Position numbers and translations under genes: made by a program. From an uncultured Clostridia bacterium (lineage in GTDB: Bacteria; Bacillota; Clostridia; Oscillospirales; CAG-272), in the NCBI GenBank assembly GCA_944381075.1, contig CALWJT010000016.1, positions 4,155-68,154 on the forward strand: a stretch of DNA of 64,000 nt, in the 5' to 3' direction. Of this stretch, positions 41,146 to 51,520 are shown one piece after another. The stretch's first letter is position 1; every line of letters begins with the position of its first letter. Below the pieces are notes generated by a model. The model worked only from the letters and a program-made list of their open reading frames with translations, had not been told where the DNA came from and did no database searches.

Positions 41146-41370
41146 ATGCTTATCAGCCGGACGAAAGAAACGATGCAAGGTATGAAAGAACGATTCAGCG
41201 GCATGCCGACAAGCAGTCATGTAGTAGTTATTGACGGTATCCGCTATACCGTTGTCAGTCATTACACAGGAAGTAAGAATGTAGACCATGTAATCCGCAA
41301 AATAGCCGAAAAACAGGCACTGGCGGATATGAGCAGTCAAAACGGAAAAGAAGAAAAGATTTCGGCATAA
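41146..41370 (+). CDS. TnpW-like small transposon protein
   Basis: VIDGIRYTVVSHYTGSKNVDHVIRKIAE; sits directly upstream of the serine recombinase. Confidence 0.5.
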   Translation: MLISRTKETMQGMKERFSGMPTSSHVVVIDGIRYTVVSHYTGSKNVDHVIRKIAEKQALADMSSQNGKEEKISA

Positions 41371-41476
41371 ATTTGCCGAGTTAACAATTAGCAGCTTGCT
41401 TTGTCATGTGCTTTGTGGTATCATAAAGGCACATACAAATCAGGCTGCTTTGACATGACAGAAAGGATTTTATTGG

Positions 41477-43141
41477 ATGTCAAAGCAAACACAAAACAAA
41501 AAAGCAGGTCTATTACAGATTGTCACAAGAGGATGAACGAGCAGGTGAATCCCCGTCCATTGAGAATCAGAAAAAGATACTTGAAAAGTACGCCCATGAA
41601 AACGGTTTTGAGATCGTTGACGAGTATATCGACGACGGCTGGAGTGGTACAAACTTCAACCGCCCTGGCGTACAGCGGCTACTGGAGGATGCCAAGAACG
41701 GCAGGATCAATGTCATCATCGTCAAGGACTTGAGCCGTTTCGGAAGAAACTATATTGAAGTCGGGCAATACACGGATTATCTGTTCCCGACCTACAATAT
41801 CCGGTTCATTGCCGCAGGCGACAATGTGGACTCGGCTACGACCGAAAATTCGGGCATGGATATGACACCGATCATGAATGTATTCAACGAATGGCACGCC
41901 GCTAACACGAGCAAGAAAATCAAAGCGGTCATTGAAGCAAACGCCAAGGAAGGGATCTACCGTAGCAGCTATGCGCCGTATGGATATATTAAGGGCGATG
42001 ATGAAAAACGGTTGCCTGTTATAGACAGTGAAGCAGCAGCAAACGTCCGAAGAATATTTGAAATGCGGGCATCCGGTGTCAGTCCGAACCATATCGCGCA
42101 GACCTTCAATGATGAGGGCATCCTTCCTCCAGGGGACTAAAAAGAACAAAAGTTCGGTATTCCGAATACACGCAAGTCGCACCATTTACGGTCGAGCGCT
42201 ACGGTAAAGCAGGTTTTGACCAACCCCATTTATCTCGGACACCTCGTTCAGCCCCGCACTACGAATATTTCTTACAAGAACAAAACGCAGATCAAACGTG
42301 ATCCCGAAGATATGATATGGGTCTACAACACGCATGAAGCCATTGTGACACAGGAGTTGTGGGATAGGTGCCGTGAGATGGAAGCGTCGGTCAGTCAGGG
42401 TAAGAAAAACAAAACGGGATATGTCAATCCGTTGTCCGGACTCGTCTACTGCGCCGATTGCGGAAACAAGATGTATATCAAGTACAACAATACCCGACAC
42501 AAGCGTGGCGGCGAGAGAACCTACTACCGTCAGAACTTCACATGCGGCGCATATTCCAAATTGGGTGAGCGTGCCTGCACAAGTCACTATATCAAAATCG
42601 ATGTTCTTTCAGATATTCGCTCCAAAATGAACCTTGTGCTTACCGATGAAAAGCGGGCAAGAGAGGAATTCATCAGCCGTAACGAAAAACTCAGCACTGC
42701 TGAAGCCACCGCCGACCGCAAGAAGCTGAAGAATCCACGCACCGACTTGCCGAGCTGGACAAGCTGATCGGCTCGGTTTATGAGGACAAGGTGCTTGGTA
42801 AAATCCCCGAAGAAGTCTGTATCAACCTGCTGGAAAAATACCAGAAAGAAAAGAAATCTCTCACTGAAACGATCACCGCACCGGAGCAGAAAGCGCAGAC
42901 CATCCGTGATGATGCGGCGAACGCCGATGAATTCATCCGCAGGTTGAAAGCCTATATGGAAATTCCCCAGCTGACCTGCGAGATGTGCATAGAGCTGATC
43001 GAATTCATCCCCGTTGACGAGTGCCCCGGCAAGTATAGCAAAGCTCCCAGAGAGATCCATATCTATTACAAACTGATCGATAAAAAATCCTCCGCTGAGC
43101 AAATCGCTTCGTGGGGAGCAAATGGGAACGAAAAAGTGTGA
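41477..43141 (+). pseudogene. Large serine recombinase (TnpX/TndX-like), multiply disrupted
   Basis: YRLSQED...SIENQK, YIDDGWSGTNFNRPG, VKDLSRFGRN, YGY, NPIYLG, HEAIV, LSGLVYCADCG zinc ribbon; frameshift near 41510, TAA at 42138 and further frameshifts. Confidence 0.88.
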
Positions 43142-43149
43142 CGGTTTTT

Positions 43150-43235
43150 GATGTCCACTACTTTAGGAATTTATACGCACTTATACCCGAGTCGGCAAAA
43201 CGAAATTGCAAATAAATTTAGAAAGTTTTGCATAG
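43150..43235 (+). pseudogene. C-terminal remnant of a tyrosine integrase
   Basis: STTLGIYTHLYPSRQNEIANK matches the TT.xYxH catalytic-Tyr tail of phage integrases. Confidence 0.65.
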
Positions 43236-43263
43236 TTTTGGTACGATTTTGTCATGTATTTCA

Positions 43264-43340
43264 TGTACCCGCCGTGTACCTTTCGTGTACCCGAGGCAAA
43301 AATGAAGCCCGAAAGTCCTTGATCTATAAGGACTTTCGGG
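43264..43340. promoter_or_regulatory. att-region features: three TGTACC repeats at 11-bp spacing and a 13-bp inverted repeat (guaA terminator)
   Basis: TGTACC at 43264, 43275, 43286; cccgaaagtcctt/aaggactttcggg at 43308-43340. Confidence 0.6.
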
Positions 43341-43350
43341 AAAGCGGCAA

Positions 43351-45222
43351 CTACTCCCACTCAACGGTGGCCGGCGGCTTGCCGGTGACATCATAATATA
43401 CCGAGGAAATATGGTCGCCAAATTTTGCAAGGATCTCCCTCGCCGCTCCTGTTAGGGCAGATATTTCAAAATCCTCTCCTGGAATCGCCGGACGCGCCGT
43501 CATAAAGTCCGTCGTGCATACCGCGCGCACGGCGATCGAATACTTCCCTTCCTCGCCGTCGGCAAACGGAAGCAGGACCGCAAAGCACTGGCTGATTTTC
43601 GGATTCATCACGCGCTCCGTTACAATGGCGTCCGCATCGCGCAGAAGATCGGTGGATTCATAACCGATATGAAGCGGGCGGAAGCGGAAATCTCCGAAAG
43701 AAGAAGGATTCCCCGCGACACGATAGGCAACGCGGTTGACAAAATCACATTCATTCGGGATCTTTTTGGCAAAATCGAAAATTTCATCCCAAGCCGCCAG
43801 ATCATCCTTTTCCTTTCCGGAAAGGACGACAAGATGCCGGTAGCTGCGGTGATCCCCCTGTACGCCCACGCTGTGTACCGGCGCTATAGCGGCCTCATAG
43901 CCGGACCCCTTCGTCAGCGTCTGCAGACGGCAGAGAGCCGTCTGCTCCGGAAGCGCGGCCGGCGCATCCGCACAAAGGATACGCACACAAAGGCCGGGAC
44001 CCGGAAACGGCTGTCTTGCGGCAATCGACTCGTCGAGTCCCAGCATTCTTGCGACCCTGCGGACCTCGTCCTTGTGCCAATCCCAGTTGGTTTCAATAAT
44101 CATGCCGCGTTCTCTTGCCTGACGCACGATATCCACGTCGTTGTGATGGGTTTTGATTTTATTCGCATAGCCGCTGACATCCGGATTGCCGCTCTCGATC
44201 AGGTCCGGACGAAGCGTTCCCTGTGCGAGGAACGTATTCTCAAAATCGATGCCCAGCGCCTCCACTGCCTCTCTTGTCACCTTGATAAACATAGAGCCGA
44301 CGATCTTTCGCTTCATCTCCGGATCGCAGGTCTCGGCAAGCGGCCCGATGAGCGTGCCCGTGCCGTCGTCCACCTTTCCGAAAAAGAATTCCTCCGCAGC
44401 GTTGATGCGCTTCATATTGACAAGTCCCAGAGAGGAAAGACTTGCGCAGATGACATCGCTTTCGTTCTTTCGCATCATCCCGTGGTCGATATGGATGGCA
44501 TATACATTCTCCGGCGGAAGGGCCCTTGTGAGCAGAGCCGCCGTCACGGCGGAATCCACGCCGCCGGAAACCAGCACCACGACCTTCCTGCCCTCGGCGC
44601 GGCGCCGGATCATCGCGACCGAGGTCTCGATGCGGTCCTCGAGCGCATACTCCTCGCGAAGTCCGCAGATCCCGCGCAGGAAATTGACAAGCATCTGCAC
44701 CCCGTTTACCGTAAGGTCCACCTCCGGATGGAACTGCACACCGGCGATCTTCCGCTTTTCATCGTAAATGGCGGCGACCACATCCCCTGTTTTTCCGACG
44801 CAGGAAAAGCCCGGCGCCAGCGTTTTTACCGCATCGCCGTGGCTCATCAGCACCGGCTGTCTGCGGTCGAGTCCCGCAAACAGCGGACAGGAGGGATCGA
44901 CGTCGATCGTGACCTGTCCGTATTCCGTTTTGACCCCCGGCATCACGCTTCCGCCGAAATGCTCGCAGATCAGCTGCATCCCATAGCAAATGCCGAGGAT
45001 CGGACATCCGAGCTCAAAGATTCCCTCATCGTATTTCAGCGCCGCATCGCTCCACACGCTGGACGGTCCTCCGCTCAAAATCAAGGCAGAATAATCCGCA
45101 AGCCTTTCCTTTTCGATCCCGATCGGAAAAATATCCGAATATACGCCGGCCTCTCTCACCCGTCTGTCGATTACCTTTGTATACTGTCCGCCGCAGTCCA
45201 AAATCGCAATTTTTTCTTTCAT
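43351..45222 (-). CDS. guaA: GMP synthase (glutamine-hydrolysing), long eukaryote-like form
   Basis: ILDCGGQY, LGICYGMQ, QFHPEV, SGGVDS, PFPGPGL, VGVQGD, KPPATVEWE. Confidence 0.95.
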   Translation of the reverse strand: MKEKIAILDCGGQYTKVIDRRVREAGVYSDIFPIGIEKERLADYSALILSGGPSSVWSDAALKYDEGIFELGCPILGICYGMQLICEHFGGSVMPGVKTEYGQVTIDVDPSCPLFAGLDRRQPVLMSHGDAVKTLAPGFSCVGKTGDVVAAIYDEKRKIAGVQFHPEVDLTVNGVQMLVNFLRGICGLREEYALEDRIETSVAMIRRRAEGRKVVVLVSGGVDSAVTAALLTRALPPENVYAIHIDHGMMRKNESDVICASLSSLGLVNMKRINAAEEFFFGKVDDGTGTLIGPLAETCDPEMKRKIVGSMFIKVTREAVEALGIDFENTFLAQGTLRPDLIESGNPDVSGYANKIKTHHNDVDIVRQARERGMIIETNWDWHKDEVRRVARMLGLDESIAARQPFPGPGLCVRILCADAPAALPEQTALCRLQTLTKGSGYEAAIAPVHSVGVQGDHRSYRHLVVLSGKEKDDLAAWDEIFDFAKKIPNECDFVNRVAYRVAGNPSSFGDFRFRPLHIGYESTDLLRDADAIVTERVMNPKISQCFAVLLPFADGEEGKYSIAVRAVCTTDFMTARPAIPGEDFEISALTGAAREILAKFGDHISSVYYDVTGKPPATVEWE

Positions 45223-45407
45223 ATGATCCTTGCCCTTCCGAAAGTTTTGATTCTCATTCTTTACTTTTTCATTATATATAAACCTGTGAAAAAAAGCAAG
45301 ATTTCAGACGCAAAAAGGCGCAAAATCCGGAAAATAAGATGCAAAAAGGAGACGGGACGGCAAGCCGTCCGGCGTACCGTCCCTATTTTTATGAAGATTG
45401 GAAGAGG

Positions 45408-46874
45408 TTACATTTCCCGTCTGGTAAAGGCATCCCACGCCGTCCATCCGAATACGATAAGATGGCACAGGATAACCGCTACCGCAAAGCCGAAGGACTG
45501 TCCGGCGTACAGCTCTGTTCCGGCATACAGCGCAGGCAAATCGAGGTTGGCAAAAAGCAGGTATCTGCCGAAATCGACCCCCAGACTGCGCAGAATCGAT
45601 TCGAGAAGCGTTCCGGAGAAATAGACAAGCAGCGATGCGCTGATGGCGAGCGCATTTCCCTTGACCAGCGCGGAAATCGCAAAGGCAAGCAGCGCCATTG
45701 CGAGGATCTCCACCGAGGAAAGCAGGTAATCCCCCAGGATCGAAAGCAAAGGAGAGCTTGGCACAACTACGCCGTTTTGAACGGAAAGAAGCGGCAGAGC
45801 AAGGTCCGCCGTGCCGAAGAACAGCAAGCAGCAAGCAAACGACAGCAGATAAAGAACCGCCATCATCGCAATGCCGAACAGCAGAACGGTCACGAACTTG
45901 GCGACCAGGATCTTCCATCTCTTGGCAGGGCTCATCAAAAGGAATTTATACGTTCCCTGTGAGAATTCGGAGGCGACGATGCTGCCTGCAATCACAATAC
46001 ACATCACGCCGACCAGCTTGATGAGGGTTTTGCAGGCGGCAAAGATGGACCAGAAATTGATTTCCTCAACCTCAAACAGGCTGCTGTTCTTTACCTCTGC
46101 GGAAATATCCCTTGTCACACCGTTTTCAAGGCGCCAGACACCGAGCGTTATATCATCCTGAAGCTCACTGCGATGCTCCTCGGAGATCTCTTCTCCTGCC
46201 GCGGCAGAGGCGTCAAGCTCCGCGAGTGCCGTTTTGGCATTTTTCACCGAGAGAAGAAGCGTATACATCTCTCCTGATTCCGGCGCGATCCCTCTGTCCA
46301 GAGAATACCGGTAGAACCAGAGCTGCGCCTCCTTGTCTGTGCCCGTATAGCCGGACTGGATCTCCGCCATCCTATCCTGATAATAGGCTCTCCAGCCGTC
46401 CTTTTCCATATAGCTCTCGATCTTGGCCGTCCTTGCCGAATATTCGCCGGCAAGCGCGCCTGCCGTCCCGTTTTCCAGCGCGAATTTCGCCGCGCAGTAT
46501 TCCGCGTACAGCCCGTTCGTATAAAGCCAATCGTCATAGCGGACCTCATGCTCCGCAAGATACGTCCAGTATTCGTACAGCTCCTTTAGCTCAAGGTCAG
46601 AAGAAAGGATACTGCCGTTTTCGTCATACACGATCGAATCGTGATACAGCGTTCCGTAATAGTCGACATTGCCGGCGACCTCACCCTGCTGGAACGACTC
46701 CTGCCGCCAGTCCGTATCGCTCTGCGCACTGGATTCGGCGACGATCTTAAAAAGTCCGGTAAGCCCGACGATTGCCGCGAGGAAAAGGGCGGCCATGACG
46801 AGCGTTCCCTTCCGCTTGGTGAGCTTGATGATCTCATTTTTGACAAGGCATGTGAATTTATGCAATCTGGACAC
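45408..46874 (-). CDS. ABC-2 type permease with a large extracellular domain
   Basis: N-terminal TM, IAGSIVASEFSQGTYKFLL..P..RWKILVAK, multiple C-terminal TMs. Confidence 0.88.
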   Translation of the reverse strand: MSRLHKFTCLVKNEIIKLTKRKGTLVMAALFLAAIVGLTGLFKIVAESSAQSDTDWRQESFQQGEVAGNVDYYGTLYHDSIVYDENGSILSSDLELKELYEYWTYLAEHEVRYDDWLYTNGLYAEYCAAKFALENGTAGALAGEYSARTAKIESYMEKDGWRAYYQDRMAEIQSGYTGTDKEAQLWFYRYSLDRGIAPESGEMYTLLLSVKNAKTALAELDASAAAGEEISEEHRSELQDDITLGVWRLENGVTRDISAEVKNSSLFEVEEINFWSIFAACKTLIKLVGVMCIVIAGSIVASEFSQGTYKFLLMSPAKRWKILVAKFVTVLLFGIAMMAVLYLLSFACCLLFFGTADLALPLLSVQNGVVVPSSPLLSILGDYLLSSVEILAMALLAFAISALVKGNALAISASLLVYFSGTLLESILRSLGVDFGRYLLFANLDLPALYAGTELYAGQSFGFAVAVILCHLIVFGWTAWDAFTRREM

Positions 46875-47829
46875 CCCCTTCGAATCCCGTCATTTGAATG
46901 AATACGTCCTCGAGCTTTTTGTTTTCCTTCGGGGAAACCGTATAGAGCTCGATCCCCGCGGAAATCACAGAGCGGTTGACGCGCGCCACGAGAGCGTCGG
47001 CCTCCTCCTTCGGGACGATGATCTCCAGGGTCCCCTCCTCCGTGATGCGGCGGCTCGTTTCATCCAGGAAATCCAGCGCGGCGTATGCCGAACGAACATC
47101 AGACACCCGCAGAATAAAGTCCGCGCTGTCCGCAGACGCGGCAGACAAAAGCTCCGCCGTCGTGCTCACGCACCTAAGCTGCCCGTTCACGATCACGCCG
47201 ACTCTGTCGCACATCATTTCCATTTCGCTCATCAAATGACTGGATACGATGACGGCGCAGCCGCTCTCATGAGCAAGCTTTTTGAAAATGTCCCGCAGCT
47301 CCTTGATGCCGGCGGGGTCCAGGCCGTTGGTCGGCTCATCGAGGATCAGCACCTTCGGCTCACCGAGGATCGCCTGCGCGACGCCGAGCCTCTGGCGCAT
47401 GCCGAGCGAATATTTGCCTACCTTATCATAGATCCGGTTTTCCAGTCCCACGAGATGCACGACCTCGCGGATCCTTTCCTCATTGATCTTTCTGCGGCGG
47501 ACCCTGGCGTACTGCAAAAGATTGTCCCAGCCGCTCATGTATTTGTAAAATTCCGGATTTTCCACGATGCCGCCGAGACACGCCATGGCAGACTCATATT
47601 CATGACGCAGATCATATCCGGCGATGCGGATATCGCCCGCGTCCAGCATCAGCATGCCGACGGCAATTTTGATGGTCGTCGTTTTTCCTGCCCCGTTGGG
47701 CCCCAGCAGCCCAAATACCTCGCCGCCGTACGCCTCAAATGAAACATCGTGCAGGATCTCGCGTCCGCCGAGGCTTTTGGTCAAATGCTCCACCGCAAAC
47801 AAAGCGTTTTTTGCAGTCGTCTCACTCAT
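46858..47829 (-). CDS. ABC transporter ATP-binding protein
   Basis: GPNGAGKTT, YSLGMRQRLG, LDEPTNGLDP, SSH. Confidence 0.95.
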   Translation of the reverse strand: MSETTAKNALFAVEHLTKSLGGREILHDVSFEAYGGEVFGLLGPNGAGKTTTIKIAVGMLMLDAGDIRIAGYDLRHEYESAMACLGGIVENPEFYKYMSGWDNLLQYARVRRRKINEERIREVVHLVGLENRIYDKVGKYSLGMRQRLGVAQAILGEPKVLILDEPTNGLDPAGIKELRDIFKKLAHESGCAVIVSSHLMSEMEMMCDRVGVIVNGQLRCVSTTAELLSAASADSADFILRVSDVRSAYAALDFLDETSRRITEEGTLEIIVPKEEADALVARVNRSVISAGIELYTVSPKENKKLEDVFIQMTGFEGGVQIA

Positions 47830-48569
47830 TTTTCAGTGCCTCCCTCCACAAGCCTTGTCTCATACACGCTGATATAAGCGCTGCCAGCATAGACGATTTT
47901 CCATTCTCCGCCGACCTTTTCAAGATAAAGCGTCATATATCCGCTGCACCGGCTCTCATACACCTTGGAAGGGTCCTCGACGACAGTTTCCGTCCCTTCC
48001 ACATAATATCCATCCTGCGATATCGCAAGGCTCCAGTCCTCCGAAGCCCCTGGAACGTAAATGCTTTGATAGGCGACGCCCCGCGTCTGCAGGAGCCCCT
48101 CCACATACAGGGAGACCGTCGCATTCTGCGGTCCGGTCTTGTTTACCGTCAGCCCATAGGATACCTCCTGCGGCGCTAAGGTGAGCGAGAGAAGCTCGCC
48201 CGCGGTCCCTTCCCTCAGGAAAGAACGGTATGAGGACTTGATCTCATCGATGTTCTGCGCCGCAACACCGGAGAGCGCCCCGCTTTTCTTGTAAGCGAAG
48301 TACGAATCGGTGAACGCGGAAAATTCCTTCATCCGCGCGTCGATCTCCCCGTCGGTCAGCTCATGGCCGCACACCTGCGCGTCGAACCCCTCATGGAACG
48401 CGGCAAGGTCGGAAAGATACTCCCTTGCCATCGCTTCGATTTCCGGTTTGTCCGCGCTTTTGAACACTTGTCCGGTAATCACCGTATACAGCACTACGGC
48501 AAGGACCAGGACGATGCCGAGCGCGAGTCCGCGGTTCAGTCTGCGGAAAAACAGCCTGCCTTTTGTCAT
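47826..48569 (-). CDS. Membrane-anchored hypothetical protein, first gene of the ABC operon
   Basis: N-terminal TM; GGAGG RBS; overlaps the ATPase start. Confidence 0.75.
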   Translation of the reverse strand: MTKGRLFFRRLNRGLALGIVLVLAVVLYTVITGQVFKSADKPEIEAMAREYLSDLAAFHEGFDAQVCGHELTDGEIDARMKEFSAFTDSYFAYKKSGALSGVAAQNIDEIKSSYRSFLREGTAGELLSLTLAPQEVSYGLTVNKTGPQNATVSLYVEGLLQTRGVAYQSIYVPGASEDWSLAISQDGYYVEGTETVVEDPSKVYESRCSGYMTLYLEKVGGEWKIVYAGSAYISVYETRLVEGGTEK

Positions 48570-48943
48570 AAAGTTGCCTCCTTATTTTCAAGCTCAAAAC
48601 GGCATCCGTGAACAGCGCTTCCCAAGAATGCCCGTTTGACATGTCACCATTATAAGGGGGAGCGCACGGCAATTCAACCGCATTAAACCAATATTAAAAA
48701 AAGTTTATCAAATGTTAAGAATCCCGTTCTCCTGCCGTCAGCGCAGAAAAGTCGCTTTCTTCCGATCAAATTGTGAATTGTACGTTAAAATCGTGTAAAA
48801 CCGCTGCCCTGCATGTTGACAGGCAACATAAAAGATGTTATAATTCACAATGGAGAAATTCGGCGGCTTTTTCTGCCAAGCAGAAAACGTGCCGCCGGTC
48901 TTCCCGAATGGCCGTAAGCGGCCTCGGGGAAAGGGGGGAATCT

Positions 48944-49711
48944 ATGCCGGAAAACAGAAGAAAACGCATTAGGGAGCTTCTCTCGGAAAAGCCGTTCGTC
49001 TCTCTTTCCGAGCTGGAAGCAATGTTTCCGGACGTCACAAGCATGACGCTGCGGCGGGACATCAATCTGCTGGAGGAAAAGGGAGAGCTCATCAAGGTGC
49101 GCGGCGGCGCCAAGTCCATGAAGTTCATCAAGACCTCCATGGAGGATGAATACGGCAAGCGTCTTTTTGAAAATCCGGAGGGAAAATCCAAGATCGCCGA
49201 CAAGGCGGCGGAAATGATCGCCGACAGCCGCTCGGTATTCGTCGATTCCGGGACCACAGCGCTCCGCCTTGCGGCCGCCATACCCGATATGCAGATCACC
49301 GTCACGACGACGAGCCCGCACGTCGCACTTGAGCTCGTCAAAAAGGGACGGATCATGGTCAATATCGTCGGCGGCATCATCAATCACGACAATCTGTCGG
49401 TCTCCGGCATGCAGGCGCTGCGCTTCATCGATGACATCAACATCGACCTTGCGTTCATCGTCCCGTCCGGCTGCTCGTCTGCGGCCGGCTTTACCTGCGG
49501 GAATTATTCCGAATGCGAGCTCAAGCGCCATATCGTCGGCAAAGCGCGCCGCGTCATCCTTCTCATGGACCGCGATAAGCTCGACCGGTGTCTGCCCTAT
49601 ACGTTCTGCACCCCCGGCGACGTGCATACCATCATCACAGACGGACCTCTCCCCGAGGAATACAGAGCCTATCTTTCGAGCGGAGGCGCGGTCATCACAG
49701 AAATCCAGTAA
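48944..49711 (+). CDS. DeoR/GlpR-family transcriptional regulator
   Basis: VTSMTLRRDI...KVRGGA HTH; FVDSGTT. Confidence 0.92.
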   Translation: MPENRRKRIRELLSEKPFVSLSELEAMFPDVTSMTLRRDINLLEEKGELIKVRGGAKSMKFIKTSMEDEYGKRLFENPEGKSKIADKAAEMIADSRSVFVDSGTTALRLAAAIPDMQITVTTTSPHVALELVKKGRIMVNIVGGIINHDNLSVSGMQALRFIDDINIDLAFIVPSGCSSAAGFTCGNYSECELKRHIVGKARRVILLMDRDKLDRCLPYTFCTPGDVHTIITDGPLPEEYRAYLSSGGAVITEIQ

Positions 49712-49788
49712 GCCCATATCCTCAGCGGACACGGCGGAGTCTGCGAAGGGATCCAAATAAAAACAAATCCGCCGGGAATGGAGTTATT

Positions 49789-51117
49789 ATGGCAACGGCT
49801 GTTATCATGCCGAGACAGGGTCAGAGCGTGGAAAGCTGCATCATCACCTCTTGGTCAAAAAAGGTCGGCGACAAGGTGGCAAAGGGAGATGTGCTCTTCT
49901 CCTATGAGACCGACAAGTCCGCCTTCGACGAGGTATCGGAGGTCGAGGGGACCGTACTCAAAATTTTAGCAGAAGAGGGAGACGACGTTCCGTGCCTCGA
50001 CGTCGTCTGCATCATCGGCGCCGAAGGTGAGGATATCTCCGCCCTTCTTGGCGGCGCCAGCGCCTCCGCCGCAACGCAGGCGGCGCCGGCAGAATCTGAA
50101 AAGCCGATCTCTCCCGCCGCCGCAGCGGAAATCGTATCCACGGCGGGCGAAAATGACGGCGAGCGAATCAAAATCTCACCGAGAGCGAAAAACCTCGCGG
50201 TCAGAACGGATGCCGACCTCTCCCGCGTGACACCGACAGGACCGGAAGGCCGGATCATCGAGCGCGACATCGTGCGCGCGCTCGACGCCGGCTATACCGC
50301 TTCTCCCGCGGAAACGGAAGCCTATTTAAAGGGAGAAAAATCCGCCGCAGGAGCAAAGGCCGCCGCAGCTCCGGCCGCACCGGCAGCGGCGGCAGATGCC
50401 GCCGTACCGGCAGCATCCGGAACGGGCTATACCGACGAGAAGCTGCCGCAGATCCGCCGCGTCATCGCCAAGTCGATGCACGCTTCCCTTTCCGAAATGG
50501 CGCAGCTCACGCTCAACGCATCCTTTGACGCGACCGCCATCCTGAAGCTGCGCGCCTCCATCAAGGCCGGCGGCGAGGCGATGGGCATCGGGAATGTCAC
50601 CATCAACGACATGATCCTCTTTGCCGCGGCGAAGGTGCTGAAGCATCACAGAGCGCTCAACGCCCATTTTCTCGGCGATACCATGCGCTATTTTGACGGC
50701 GTGCATCTCGGGGTCGCAGTCGATACGGAACGCGGACTGATGGTCCCCACGCTGTTCGACGCGGACCGTCTAACGCTCGCCGAGCTTGCCGCCGCCACAA
50801 AGGTCCTTGGCAAAGAGGCGCAGGCAGGGACCATCAGTCCCGATAAGCTGAAAGGCGCTTCCTTCACCGTCAGCAATCTCGGTCCGACGGGGATCGAGAG
50901 CTTTACGCCCGTCATCAACCCGCCGCAGACCGGGATCCTCGGCGTTTGCTCGCTGACAAAGCGCGTGAGAGAAGAAAACGGTGCGCCCGTGTTTTATCCG
51001 TGCATCCCGCTCTCCCTGACCTTCGACCACAGAGCCATCGACGGCGCACCTGCCGCAAGATTTTTGCATGAGCTCTGTACGGCGCTCGAAAGCTTTGAGC
51101 TTCTGCTCGTAAAATAA
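49789..51117 (+). CDS. 2-oxoacid dehydrogenase E2 (dihydrolipoamide acyltransferase)
   Basis: Lipoyl domain ETDKS, E3-binding ISPRAK...TGPEGRI, catalytic DHRAIDG. Confidence 0.93.
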   Translation: MATAVIMPRQGQSVESCIITSWSKKVGDKVAKGDVLFSYETDKSAFDEVSEVEGTVLKILAEEGDDVPCLDVVCIIGAEGEDISALLGGASASAATQAAPAESEKPISPAAAAEIVSTAGENDGERIKISPRAKNLAVRTDADLSRVTPTGPEGRIIERDIVRALDAGYTASPAETEAYLKGEKSAAGAKAAAAPAAPAAAADAAVPAASGTGYTDEKLPQIRRVIAKSMHASLSEMAQLTLNASFDATAILKLRASIKAGGEAMGIGNVTINDMILFAAAKVLKHHRALNAHFLGDTMRYFDGVHLGVAVDTERGLMVPTLFDADRLTLAELAAATKVLGKEAQAGTISPDKLKGASFTVSNLGPTGIESFTPVINPPQTGILGVCSLTKRVREENGAPVFYPCIPLSLTFDHRAIDGAPAARFLHELCTALESFELLLVK

Positions 51118-51520
51118 GAGGAAGCGGCATCGGACCATCGTTTTCTCTTCCCCGTGCAGGCTGTGCGGGTCTGCGCGGTGCCGGTGCGGGTCCGGCGCTG
51201 CCCCGACGGCGCCGGCAAACACAGAACCAAGCATCCGGGCAAGCGGCGGGCAGCCTTTTCCAAACAGCCGTTTTGCGGCATTCCTGCCCGCATTCTTCCC
51301 CTTCCGTGGTCCAGTCCGCAGAGGCGGCGCCATGCGCAAGGCCTTCGGACAGCGGCTCGACGTCGACGGCAAAACGGTGTCTTGGCAAAAAGAAGCAAAG
51401 CGCCGGCGCAGGCCACAGCTTTTCCGAAAACGCCGATGCAGGCGTTTGAGCCGGTAAAAACAAGCTCATGCTCCAAAACAACGATAAGCGGCTGACAACG
51501 CCGCAGAACAGAGAGGAATT

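Larger units (their letters stand above)
27460..43350. mobile_element. Decaying composite genomic island at the guaA 3' end
   Basis: Abrupt AT-rich shift at ~27460; contains relaxase, serine recombinase, IS remnants and an integrase remnant; ends at the guaA stop; left boundary approximate. Confidence 0.8.
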
